From: Eremomyces bilateralis CBS 781.70 | Lineage: Eukaryota | NCBI GenBank assembly: GCA_010015585.1 | Contig: ML975169.1 | Length of the DNA stretch: 64,000 nucleotides | Strand: one strand, 5' to 3' | In this document: piece by piece, positions 25,595 to 36,601 of the stretch | Position numbering within the stretch: the stretch's first letter is position 1 | Layout: each line of letters opens with the position of its first letter | The notes under the pieces: generated by a model | What the model was told of the DNA's origin: nothing | Database searches by the model: none | Seen by the model: the letters and a program-made list of their open reading frames with translations, nothing else | Translations under genes and position numbers: made by a program

Positions 25595-26491
25595 TCAATC
25601 CTTCAAACAGTCCTCCACGAATCCCACCAAATACGGCACAAATCTCTCCGGATCCTCCCAAAACGGCGCGTGCCCCAACCTCTCCATCCGATGACACTTC
25701 CCCCCCCACAGATTCCCCCACGCGCACCCATCCAGATACCCCAGATCCACAAACGGCTCCTCCCCCCCGTTCACCACCGCCGTCAGCCCCGTCCACTCCG
25801 CCACCGCCTTCCGCTGATCAATCCCCCGCCCTGCGTTGAACGCGTCGAACATCGTCGCCCGCGCCCGGCCGTCCGTGCGTCGCACCGCGTCGACTAGCCA
25901 TTCGCGGCGCGGCGGCCCGCACGTCTCATGGCCATACGCTTGGATTTCCTCCTCCGTGAGCTCCGCCTTCCCCGCGGCCGCCATGTGCGGATTCCCGCGC
26001 GTGAACGCCCGCACCGTCTGCTCGGCACCGAGCGCCGGGGGCGTGCCGACGAGCATTAGTCCCTTAAGGCGGGGACCGAGGAGCGGGATCAGCTCGATGG
26101 CGATGTGACCGCCGAGGGACCAGCCGAAGATGATGAGGTTTTGGACATGGATGCCGGGGTGGTTGAGGACGTCGAGGACGTCGCAGGCGTAGCCGGGCAT
26201 GGTGTAGGTAGTGGGGTCGGGGGAGTTGGTAGAGGCGCCGTGGCCGGGGAGATCGAGGAGGAGGAGGGAGCAGGGAAGGGGGGAGTGGAGGGTGGAGAGG
26301 AGGGGGGCGAAGATGCGGGAGTGGGAGGAGTTGCCGTGGAGGAGGAGGAGTGTGGTGTGGGAGGGGTCTTGGGGAGGGGTGAAGTTGGCGTAGACAGTGA
26401 TCTCGGCGCGGGAGGATCGTGGTTCAAGGGTAATGGTCCTTTGGAATGGGACGGTTGGTATTGTCCCGCTGATAGAGTCTTTATCCGACAT
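25595..26491 (-). CDS. Alpha/beta-fold hydrolase (intronless)
   Basis: LLHGNSS, LDLPGHGAS, nucleophile elbow GWSLGG, C-terminal GHAPFWEDP. Confidence 0.9.
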   Translation of the reverse strand: MSDKDSISGTIPTVPFQRTITLEPRSSRAEITVYANFTPPQDPSHTTLLLLHGNSSHSRIFAPLLSTLHSPLPCSLLLLDLPGHGASTNSPDPTTYTMPGYACDVLDVLNHPGIHVQNLIIFGWSLGGHIAIELIPLLGPRLKGLMLVGTPPALGAEQTVRAFTRGNPHMAAAGKAELTEEEIQAYGHETCGPPRREWLVDAVRRTDGRARATMFDAFNAGRGIDQRKAVAEWTGLTAVVNGGEEPFVDLGYLDGCAWGNLWGGKCHRMERLGHAPFWEDPERFVPYLVGFVEDCLKD

Positions 26492-26979
26492 TATGCCTTG
26501 CTCTTGCTTTTGATTGACTTTATCTAGTGAGATGGGTGCAAGTGAAGCTATTCACGCTGACTGGTATGTCTTCCAGCACTTCTAATTCCGTTGACTTGGA
26601 GTAATGTCAAGAATTCGGAAAATAGAAACTAAGGACTATAGAACTGTTGCCATTGAATGCAGTATTTTCTGAATGAGGGGTTGTTCGACTTCATTTGATA
26701 TCAAAGCATCGTCAGCACAACAGCATGCACGATGCAGATGCATCAACCAGGCCATAAGGCGGACAGGTGGTCCCAATTTTCGTCATTCCACTGAATCCCT
26801 CATGCTTCGACCAATCCCCGGCTCTCGAAAATGAACTTAGACATCAATCTCTAGAATTAATACGATAAGGTTATATTCACAATATGCATATCTGTCGCTG
26901 TATGAGCATGATATGCGAACCATAATGATGTTTCTTCATTCTTGTCAACCCCGCTTCCTAGTTATCCCTAAGACAACCC

Positions 26980-28097
26980 TCAATCATCCCCACTACGCTT
27001 CCTCAAATCATGCCTCTTTGACATTCCCGATAACTCCTCCTCCTCCTCCATCACTTCCGCCTGCTCCGCCAACTCCTCCAAATGCCTCTGCGCCGCCTGC
27101 GCCTGCTCCTTCGCCTCCAGCGCTGTCGACCTCCGCCCCTTTATCTCCTGCGCCTGCGCCTTCAACTCCCGCGCCGTCGTCTCCCGCCCCTCCAGCTCAG
27201 CCACCCACAGCGCCGCGCCGACAGCGTTGGTGAAGGAGAAGAAGATGCCGATGAATGGGAGCAGCTCGAGCAGGACGGCGGGGACGCCGAACGCGGTGTA
27301 CTGCGGGATGTGCTCGTCGATCCACTTCTCGCGCTGGCGGGCGTTCCAGCCTTTGAGTTGGAAGTAGCGCGCGTGGTGGGTGGGGCCGAGCTTGCGGGCC
27401 TGCATGACGATGAAGACGACGGTGCCGACGATGGGGATAAAGTTGAGGGGGAGGTAGAGGAAGTAGCGGAGGAGGGCTTGCGGGGTGAAGTTGGAAAAGG
27501 GCTTGGTGAGGAGCTTGCCGAGCTTGCCGACGGGGTCGGAGCTGTTGGTTTTGAGTTCGCGGCCGGGCTTGACGAGCGCGGTCATGTTGCGGGTGAGGAG
27601 GGTCTATATGGTATTAGCTAACTTCTTAGGCTCGAAGGTCGCGTAGGTAAATGCCTACTCCATCGAAGGTGTCGATCAAGGCATCGTCGAGGAACCAGGT
27701 CCTACTCAGGACCGTTGTGAGAGTCGATGCCTCACTGAGCGTAAGAAGAATGGTGGTCAGCACCGCAAGCGGACCGTTGAAAATCGTGAGAACGGCAGCT
27801 TGCGGAAGGTAGAGGAAGATGAAGCAGAAGGCCGTGACGCCGATTCCAAGGCTGATGGTTGGGGTAAGTTTGTCGAGAAGAGGCTTCCAGAGGCTACGGT
27901 GGGTCAGGAAATAGAATATGCCCTGCATTTCTGGTCAGTAAAGGCATTCTTATCATATCAGTATATGGGAAGAATCAAAGCCGAAAATCGCATACCCGAA
28001 TGGGATAGATATATGTGCCGCTCCCCACCGCTTTCTTCGCTTGGTGTTGGACATGCTGAGCCTCTTGGATGGCCGCTTGCTTGACCCGTTCCGACAT
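26980..28097 (-). CDS. EI24/Rrt8 (Lds) family membrane protein; 3 exons
   Basis: MSERVKQAA start, GTYIYP/QGIFYFLTHRSLWKPL, YLPQAAVL, DALIDTFD, LYLPLNFIPIVGT, HARYFQLKG, FSFTNAVGAALW. Confidence 0.85.
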
Positions 28098-28808
28098 GGT
28101 GATTCAATCAAGAAAATCACGAATTCCAGCGGCTGGTAAGTGATCGGTAGAAAGTTTGTTATGGAATTTTGAGCATATTTGTTATTTGTAGATGGTGATC
28201 AGTGTTATGATCTCCAATCCCTGGGATCTGATGGCATGAGACGTCATCGTGATGGACTTTGGGAAGCGGGACCAAACCACACCGAACCTCACCACCACTC
28301 TCAGCCTTGTAAACATCACCTCCCTCTGCACTCTAGACAGTCTAAGAAATAGTGGAATATACCACTTCTACGTCTATATAGCGTCAAAACACTTTAAAAA
28401 TGATCAATAAATGCCTGCGATTCTCATTAAGCGCTTCAATGTCTCGAAGCTCCTTCACGCCATTCAGTTGGTGCCACTGGTTGGTGTCAGATTGTCCCTA
28501 CACATGCATAAGATATCTGAGGAATATCTGAAACCATCGCGCAATGAAATTTTAAGGACACTAGCGCACCCGTGAACGTATTTCTTAGAATAAGGTCCTC
28601 TCGCCTTGCGTATCGCAGGCTTTTGACGACCGGTACGCCTGGGCGGAGCATGAGGATGTCCCTGAACGTGCCTGTGTTAGCATCGCCCACATACTTCCAG
28701 ACGCTCAACTATGCCCACGTGCATGCCTTTTCCTAGGTAGGACCTCACATATCATGTTCATCTTTCATCTTTCACTTATTCCCTGTGTTTCTCTTACTTC
28801 TAATCACA

Positions 28809-28962
28809 TATCGATTGAATCTCTCACTCTGCTATCACCTATCGGTTGAATCTCTCACTCTGCTATCACCTATCGGTTGAATCTCTCACTCTGCTATCAC
28901 CTATCGGTTGAGTCTCTCACTCTGCTATCACCTATCGGTTGAATCCCTCATTCTTCTATCAC
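28809..28962 (+). repeat. Tandem minisatellite, 31-bp unit x ~5 (TATCGGTTGAATCTCTCACTCTGCTATCACC)
   Basis: Copies start at ~28809, 28840, 28871, 28902 and 28933. Internal copies are nearly identical and the last is degenerate. Confidence 0.95.
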
Positions 28963-29025
28963 AATACAGTGGATCGTTCACACTAAAGCCACTGTTCTTA
29001 CTGATACTTAGTGGATTCATCAATT

Positions 29026-30035
29026 ATGGACCCAGAAGTCCCTCCTGTCGAAGCCGTTCAAAAGCTGCTCACCTTCTTCACCAAGACCATCACTAACGCT
29101 GTTGATAAGGGCGTTCGCGCCAATCAGAAACTGTGTAACAACGAGGTCGCCAATACTCTCAAGGCGCTTACTCATGACTTAATAACATCTGAACGCCAGC
29201 AGCGTGAGAGTCCCCAGGGCTCGACCGTTGAACAATCACTGGCGCAACTGAACGATTCTGTGAGAAGGATAGAAACGGAGGTACGGGAGATCCGGCAGAT
29301 CCGGCAGATCCAGGATTCTATTAAAGATACCCTCTCCAAGGTACCGAACCGGAGTGCACCCGGTGACAATATGGAGAACGAGGAGTGGAATTTTAGCAAT
29401 GAGGACCTGGATCTTGGTATAAGAACGCCTCACTGATGCTCGCTAGTTGCCCCAGCCCTAACCTACTTTTAGACAACTTCGAATCCCCAGCGCAGAATAA
29501 GTCGGCATTTCCATCGGAACAAGTCGAAGCCGGGCATCGCTCCAGCCCGACCAGTGTACTTGACCGCAGTAAATCTCTGCCCCGCGATAGCTCCACGTCT
29601 CTACCGGAGAACGACCTTGAATTAGGACGTCGACCCAGCCGCAAGGCAAAAGAGGGGAAAACTTATCACAACCTGTACCTGTCCCGGGAGTTCAACAAAT
29701 CTCTGAACGGGCGGATCATCAAGAACGGCGCGCGAAAGAGCGTCGGGTCAGCCAGGGTGAAAGACCCGAGCAGCTCGACGCAAAAGAAGGACGACGGATC
29801 CACGAAACCCCTCATGACGAGCCCGGAGATCTTCGTGACGCCGAGGAAGTCCAGTCCCCAGCCTCAGCGATTGAACTCGACCAAACGCACGCGCACGCGC
29901 ACGCCCGACAGCATGGCGTCGGAGGATATGATCTCACCGGGCCCGAAGTTGAAGGAGAAGAAGCGGAGGCGAACGGACTCGGGTGAGAGGAAGGGGCTCC
30001 TGAGTGAATTCCAGGGCGTGTCTAGTGGACTGTGA
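29026..30035 (+). CDS. Hypothetical orphan protein (N-terminal coiled coil, basic Ser/Pro-rich C-terminus); two abutting ORFs
   Basis: ORFs 29011-29436 and 29436-30035 abut. Heptad-like VEQSLAQLNDSVRRIETEVREIRQI and NLS-like KEKKRRR. No family recognised. Confidence 0.45.
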
Positions 30036-31583
30036 ATGAGAGACGTGTGTGCCCGGGACATTACTCGGGAGTCCCCTTATGAAGGGTCGAGGCAGGGGAA
30101 ATGGGACGGTCTGGGATTGTGGTGTAGAGTAGTGTATTGTTATGGCCATGATAGGCAGCTTCGTGGAGGAGACCTGAGATTCACGAAGGTCATTCTGAAC
30201 TTTGTATCATCGTCGTCTCAACTGGTCGAGCTGGCCATGGGATGGGAGACAGACGCCAGGGAGTCCCGATGACAGAGTTCTGGACTGAGTCTGTACGCAA
30301 TTATCTGGTGTCATTGGTCAATTGCTGGTCAAGGTTTGGGCCCTAAGGCTTGGAGATCCGTGAAACCAATAGAGTCCTGGTCGTGATTGGTCAATAACAT
30401 CCGGACCGGTCCTTCCTTCCACCCACTAACTGATATCGTTCCAGAAACTGTATTGTACTTGCCATGAATGTAATGTTATCCATCCATCTTCTGTATAACT
30501 GTTAGCCCTGATGCGATATGACACGCCTCGTCGTGGGAAGCGCCCGAAAATGCAGGAGGAGAGCCAAGTCTCAGACCGAGACGGTTTGGGGGCGTTTTCC
30601 CAGCTGGAGAGGCGCCGGACAGGGGCCCAATCCGCTCTAGCGCACGGCATGCTGAGTTGGCAGCCGAACGGGATGAGCGAGCAGCTTCATCCTGCGTCCA
30701 GCGCAAAAGGGCAACCTGCCTCTTGATTTCGTGTCGCATATGCCATTGACCCGTCGACGTTGCCGCTGGAGCATCATCGTGCGTATCGGCACACCGTGCG
30801 GTCATTTTCGCCGCTTTCTTCCCGTTCTCTCTGCTAGACGGTCGCTGCACGCGACCCCGGAACGTCCTCCGACATCCTCCTCTGCGACGCGCCTTTCGTG
30901 GATAATGTACAGGACATGCCGTCATTTGGCTTCGAGAATCTCCTGCTCCTCCGCATCTGCTCCATCTGCTCTAGCTGACGGTCGCCGATTCCTGCATTAT
31001 TTCGCGTGTGGCGGTGCGAGCGTCGACCCTGCAGGCCTCGCCAACATCTAGCAGCACGAGCGAGTGGTGAAGCTCCAGTTCTGCGGTTGGGAAACGAGGA
31101 TCACGACAGTCCAACCCGTCGCAAACCTCCGCAAATCGATTGCGCACTGGAAATTTCGCGCGTACAGAACACCAATCGTTCACTTCATGACCAGACCGAC
31201 CTCAAACCACGGTTTGCGAATCAATTGTGCGTTGTCCTCTCCTTAAAGCTCCACCTTAAAGCCATTCCCAGCCTCCTCAAAATCCCCAATTGCACCCCTG
31301 GTTCCTACTCCTCTGCACTACGCCCCTACAGCCACGACAATAATTTCCCCAACCACCTCAAGATCTCGCCGCGCTGGATTTTGATCGACCACGCCATGGA
31401 TCGACTCTGTTTGTTTTTGCTATTCACTAACACTATCTCTCCAGGCATTTCCTCATTCCCTGTCTCTCACGTTCCATCGTTGTACATGCCCTCCCATCCT
31501 AGATTCCTCTCGACATAGCGTCATTGAGGTCACACTGAAGGCTCGACCGAATTTTCCACCCCATTGCTAGGTTCGCGGTCACA

Positions 31584-34172
31584 TTGTCATCTCCGCGAGC
31601 CGCCGAATTCCTCACGTTGTTCAGCCCAACTTCCCGAGCTGTTCACGAGACCAACGACCGACACGTTTACGATCCCAACCCTCCCCATCAACGCCAGCAG
31701 GCAGGCCAATCTGCCCTCTCCCCGAACCACCGACACTCTCGAGTATCCAGCTCCTCCGGTAGCGTTTCTGTCGCCCTCCGTGGAACTCCCGCCCCCGAAG
31801 AGCGCCACAACCCTCGCCCTCGTTCGGTTTCCGTGAGCTCTCCTCCACTGCAAGCTCCTCCACCTCGAGCTCCTCCCACCGTCCGATTCGCGGATCCGGC
31901 GTCGAGCTCCGAACCTGGCCAGTGGGCTCTTCCCTCGGAAGCACGTCCGCGCCAGGTTCCTCGCACCTCCCGTCGCACCGCGTCGGCGATCCGGTGGGCT
32001 CTCGAAGTCGCGCTCCGTGGCCCACATCCTTTCACGTCGGTGGTTGAAGAGGAGGAAGCTTCCATGTCCGACATTCTTGCCGGTTCCGCAGGCAATGTTG
32101 GCCGAACTTCGAACGGCGGCCAACGGTCGTCTGCAGGGCACGGGCCTGTTCCGGTGCAAGGTGCGAGAGAACGAGGCCAATCCATGCCCGTGCCGCAGGC
32201 ACAGCGGGATCGTGGAATCACACCGCCGACGGAGATAATGCGGAGAAGGCAGGAACGCGAACGACAAAAAGTAGGGGCCGGGCAAGGCGGACTTGCTGCT
32301 GGCGTTGCTCAAGGTCAGTCTCCAACACCCGGACATGGCCCTGGAAAGGGCTCAGGCTTATATTCACCAGGACAAGGTGATAGAACCCGAATAGATCCTG
32401 CACTCCTGCCACAATCAGGACGGCGAGAGGAGGGATTTGTGGCCGCAGCTGCAGCCGCCTCTGCCCTAGGAAGAGAAGAAAGACCAGACCCATTGCACGT
32501 TCCCTCGGCTGTGGAGGACCGTCCTCCACCAGCTAGACAACGTCGCTCCTCACAACCGCAAACCTCCACACAACCACTTCCACATCAGCCTCCACCCCCG
32601 CAACAGACAACCCCATCAGCAGCCGCTCAGCCTCGTATCCCTCGATATCCAGGAGGTGCCGAAGTACCCCAATCAATACCCACTCCGGCTAGCCGGCTGA
32701 GAGACCCGAATGTCTCAACATTCCCCCATGCCTTTGAAAGATGGGAGCAGCTCTCCTCTCAATGGGAAGGGCAGACGCGATACTGGATCCGACGGCTGGA
32801 GAACAATTCCGACGAGCTGCGAAACGAGCCTCTCAATGTGGGGATCGCGCGGCAGATGCAGGATCTTACCGCTGCCGGTGCGAACTTATTCCACGCGGTG
32901 GTCGAGCTCCAACGACTGCGCGCCAGCTCCGAACGGAAATTCCAACGCTGGTTCACAGACGTTCGGGGCGAGTTGGAGCGGAACGAGGAAGTTCAAGCGC
33001 AGCAGCAGGTTGCGTTGGACCGCGAGCGTCGAGCTCGCCAGGAGCAAAACGCCATCGCTGCACGAGCGGAGGAGCAACGAGCCAACGTGGACAAAATGAA
33101 TGGGGAGCTCAAACGGGAGCTCAACATTGCCAAGGAGGAAGCGCGTCGGGCATGGGAAGAGCTCGGAAGGCGGGAGCAGGAAGAACGGGACCGGTGCAGC
33201 GAGATACGCGAAGGGCGGCCGGTCAACATCTGCGGCATCCAGATCTTCCCGACCAGTCAGATCATGCGGCAAGCGAGCCTTCGACGGGGCCAGGAAGGCG
33301 ACGACTACTCGATGGACCCAGGCCAGGAATACATGGAAGCCGAATACGTGTACAACGAAGGGGCCTCACCCACCGACACCGACCCGTTCGTGGAAGCCGG
33401 AAAACGACCGGCCCCACCGCCAGGGACCTTTTCCGCCGGCGTCTATCAACCGCAGGGCATCCAACCCTACGCGCCCGGCAGCACCCCCGCGTCCGGATCC
33501 ACCTCTCAAACCATCGTCCCCGCTCCGCAACCCCCTCCTCCCAGCTCCACTACCTCCCCTCCCACCGGCGCGACTTCCACCTCCTCCCAACCACCCTTCT
33601 ACACCCACCGCGACACCTACCCCACCACAGGCGCCTCCTCCGCCCCCTCCGACGTCCCTTCCTATATTGGCACCACCTCCGACGACCTTTCCGATGCCTC
33701 CGACGGCGGCGACCGCCACGACGAACCCACCGCTGATGACTATCTTTACGACGAGCACGGCCGCCTCCTCGTCGACGCCCACGGCCGCCCCCTCCCCGAC
33801 CGCCGCGGCCTGCGCGTCAGCACCGTCTCCGACGACCTCTCCGACGATGACGAGGATGACGTGCTTCGCGACGCGCAGCGTGAGCATGCACATCGCGCTC
33901 GCTACGGTAGCAGTGGGGCCGTACCCGGTAATTCCGGCGAACTCGCAGTGCCGACGACGCAGGGGTACGCGACGGCGCCGCCCAGCGCGTATGGGCGGCA
34001 GGCTGGCGGAGGCGCGCAGCAACAACAGCAGGCGGAGCAGCCGGATTATGAGGGGAGCGGGTATGAAGGGTGGGAGCGGGTGCAGCATCATTATCCGACG
34101 CGGTTGAGCGATGTGCCGGAGGAGGAGGACGAGCGGAGTCGGGCGAGTGGGCCGCGGAGTCTGGATATTTGA
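31584..34172 (+). CDS. Large conserved-looking fungal hypothetical protein with central coiled coil; true start uncertain
   Basis: 862-codon open frame with an ordered block FPHAFERWEQLSSQWEG...AGANLFHAVVELQRLRASSERKFQRWF...EEARRAWEELGRREQEER and C-terminal HHYPTRLSDVPEEEDERSR. A possible upstream exon starts at ATG 31396. Confidence 0.8.
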   Translation: MSSPRAAEFLTLFSPTSRAVHETNDRHVYDPNPPHQRQQAGQSALSPNHRHSRVSSSSGSVSVALRGTPAPEERHNPRPRSVSVSSPPLQAPPPRAPPTVRFADPASSSEPGQWALPSEARPRQVPRTSRRTASAIRWALEVALRGPHPFTSVVEEEEASMSDILAGSAGNVGRTSNGGQRSSAGHGPVPVQGARERGQSMPVPQAQRDRGITPPTEIMRRRQERERQKVGAGQGGLAAGVAQGQSPTPGHGPGKGSGLYSPGQGDRTRIDPALLPQSGRREEGFVAAAAAASALGREERPDPLHVPSAVEDRPPPARQRRSSQPQTSTQPLPHQPPPPQQTTPSAAAQPRIPRYPGGAEVPQSIPTPASRLRDPNVSTFPHAFERWEQLSSQWEGQTRYWIRRLENNSDELRNEPLNVGIARQMQDLTAAGANLFHAVVELQRLRASSERKFQRWFTDVRGELERNEEVQAQQQVALDRERRARQEQNAIAARAEEQRANVDKMNGELKRELNIAKEEARRAWEELGRREQEERDRCSEIREGRPVNICGIQIFPTSQIMRQASLRRGQEGDDYSMDPGQEYMEAEYVYNEGASPTDTDPFVEAGKRPAPPPGTFSAGVYQPQGIQPYAPGSTPASGSTSQTIVPAPQPPPPSSTTSPPTGATSTSSQPPFYTHRDTYPTTGASSAPSDVPSYIGTTSDDLSDASDGGDRHDEPTADDYLYDEHGRLLVDAHGRPLPDRRGLRVSTVSDDLSDDDEDDVLRDAQREHAHRARYGSSGAVPGNSGELAVPTTQGYATAPPSAYGRQAGGGAQQQQQAEQPDYEGSGYEGWERVQHHYPTRLSDVPEEEDERSRASGPRSLDI

Positions 34173-35959
34173 GATCGAGGGATGGAGGGAGGGAGAAGAC
34201 GAATATTTGTTTTGATGGGTTGAGGGCGTGGGTGGAGGAGAGAATACATTGCGCGAACTAACTTTACATGGGATGGGATGACGAGGTTTTTCGTGTCCCG
34301 TTTACCAGAGCATCTTTGTCATTTTTCTTCTTTTCCCCTTCCGCGTCGGTCGACCGGTGTCAACACTTCTCCCTCCCTACCCGCTTCTTGTGATCGATCC
34401 CTCTCCTTCGACGCGACATATTTCCACCCCTCTATTTTTTTTTCTCTTGTCACTGGCGGGTTTCGTTCCATCAGCACCTTCTCGCATTCCGCACAGCCCA
34501 TGGCGTTTCGTGGGTTTGCGTTGTCGTATCCAGGGTGAGCGGGAGGGACGGCGAGCATCGTGACATTTTCCCTCTCTTCCCATTCCTCGATCTTTTCCGA
34601 AGGGAGGTTTTTGAAGTGCGACGGAAGGACCATGTAATACGTGTAATTTGTGTATGTGTCGAACGCGCCGGGACGGATGGGATGGGCACGGGGTTTAATC
34701 GCAGTGTCGACGTCGTCACTGCTCGCGACATACATGACGGAGGGGATTCCTTCTGGGTACTACACAGTACCACCAGTTTCGGAAGGAGGCCGACGGTACT
34801 ACAGGAGGCATCTCGGTGCCACTTCACGGTGTATCATAGCTACAGAGGACAGTACCTACCGTACATTACCGTACAGGACCATCCATCCTTTGTCGGTGGA
34901 ACGGCAAAGGCATTTCGAAAACCTGATATTCCTCGAAGTCACAATAGTCCCAAGTTCAGGATCCAGCCACGCAAATGGTGTGACCGCACGGCCAGCGCCG
35001 TAATCTAACGCCCATGAAATCCGGGAATATCAGGCTCGCCACAGACAAGCCGCGCTTCAATCCCTCGTGAGTCGTGACAAGTCATGGGCAAGTCGTGGCG
35101 CGGTCACGCCAACGTCACACGAACCCAAATCCTTGGCCTCATGGCCTGAGGCTGCATCCTGGAAAATGGCGGGCGCTGATTGGTTCCGATCGGTCAGCGT
35201 CCGCTCCACGCTCACCCCACGGCAGGGCGAGCGTCAGTCGAGATATATCGCGAAAACCACACGGCGGCAGGGCGTGCGGATCCGAGGGGTCAGGTTCTGT
35301 TTTCGGTAGTGATGAAGGGTTGTTTAAATAGCAGCTGTCAAGTATGCGTAGTTGGGTTCGCTTTTATTATCATAGCACTTTAGCAAGCCATCGTGAACCA
35401 ATCCACGCCGAACTCTACCGTCACCAGATCAAAAGCTCAATTATCGCGAAAAAAGCGATATCATAGTCGTAGGATTATCCTCTCGCATATTACAATGCCG
35501 GCCCTTCCAATCCATCAAATCAACCAAGCCGTCCACAAGGCACCCAAATCCTTCGCTCCATGGCTCCTCCTCTTCATCGGCAAGCAGTCCACTCCACTCA
35601 CCCCTACCCCTGAACGGGACCAGTCCTTCGACGATGAATGAACGAGTGAATGCTAATAGATACTACAGGGAGCGGCGCCGTCTACACCGCGTACAACCTC
35701 AAAACCGAGATGAAGTCCCTCGACGGCGCACGGGAGCGCCTCTACGCACGGAAAACGCAGCGGGAAATGGAGTTGCGGAGGATGGGCGGCGTCGACCTTG
35801 AGGAGGTACAATAAACGAACACCTGGAATCGTTGCTTCGAAAATCATGAAAGGAGCGTGTAGACCGAGGTTGGAGTTAACTTGGCGTTTATTCCCTGGCG
35901 TTTATTTTTTGAAACGGCAAAACACCGAGGACCATATCTCACAGTCAACGGGGACCGGT

Positions 35960-36601
35960 TCATTTCATACTCGGCGCCTTCCCGGACGGATCATCTTTGA
36001 TCGTCACATACCCCTCCTGTTCCCTCACCCGCTGCAACCACGCCTTCACATTCCCCCCGACCGCAAACCCCACCAGCTCCGCGAACTGGGTATACGCGAA
36101 CAGCGCGATGTCCGCGATCGTGTACATCTCCTCGACGAAGAACGTCTTCCCCTCCAGATGCGCCTCCATGGTGTCCAACGCGGCCTGCCCCCGCGTCTGT
36201 AGCCGCTCGCGCGTCTCAGCGCTCACGTTCTCCAGGCCGATCCAGTGGGTCGCGAACCGGAGCCCGGCGACGTACTGCTCGTGGCTGAACTGCTCGAAGA
36301 ACATCCAGCGCAGCACCTGAGTGACGCCGAGGTGGGTTGAGGGGAGGTAGGGCGTGTCTTTGGCAAGGTAGTAGAGGATGGCGCTGCTTTCGGGGAGGAC
36401 GGTGTGGGTAGCGTCGTCGAGGATGATGAGGGGGATGCGGCCGTTGGGGTTGAGTGCGAGATAGGCGGGGAGGCGAGTCTCGGCGGGGGTAGTGAGGAGG
36501 TCAAGGTCGGTGGTGTGGTAGGGGAGGCGGAGGTGGGAGAGGAGGAGGTGGACTTTGTAGCCGTTACCTGAGGGGATATTGGAGTCGTAGAGATGGAGCA
36601 T
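35960..36601 (-). CDS. Glutathione S-transferase (intronless)
   Basis: MLHLYD..SGNGYKV, YLALNPNGRIP, LPESSAILYYLA, WMFFEQFSHE, YTIADIALFAYT. Confidence 0.92.
   Translation of the reverse strand: MLHLYDSNIPSGNGYKVHLLLSHLRLPYHTTDLDLLTTPAETRLPAYLALNPNGRIPLIILDDATHTVLPESSAILYYLAKDTPYLPSTHLGVTQVLRWMFFEQFSHEQYVAGLRFATHWIGLENVSAETRERLQTRGQAALDTMEAHLEGKTFFVEEMYTIADIALFAYTQFAELVGFAVGGNVKAWLQRVREQEGYVTIKDDPSGKAPSMK

Noticed and set aside
28809..28962. 31-bp repeats as a CRISPR array
   Set aside because: The units are contiguous with no unique spacers, there are no cas genes, and the DNA is eukaryotic.
32741..34107. Long alternative-frame and antisense ORFs over the 862-aa gene (and similar ones over PPR, Cwf18, R3H, hydrolase)
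   Set aside because: These are low-complexity shadow ORFs caused by high GC and codon skew.
34319..35900. Small ORFs (138 aa minus strand; MPALPIHQ... plus strand) as genes
   Set aside because: No recognisable domain or convincing splice model; they may be real but cannot be supported here.
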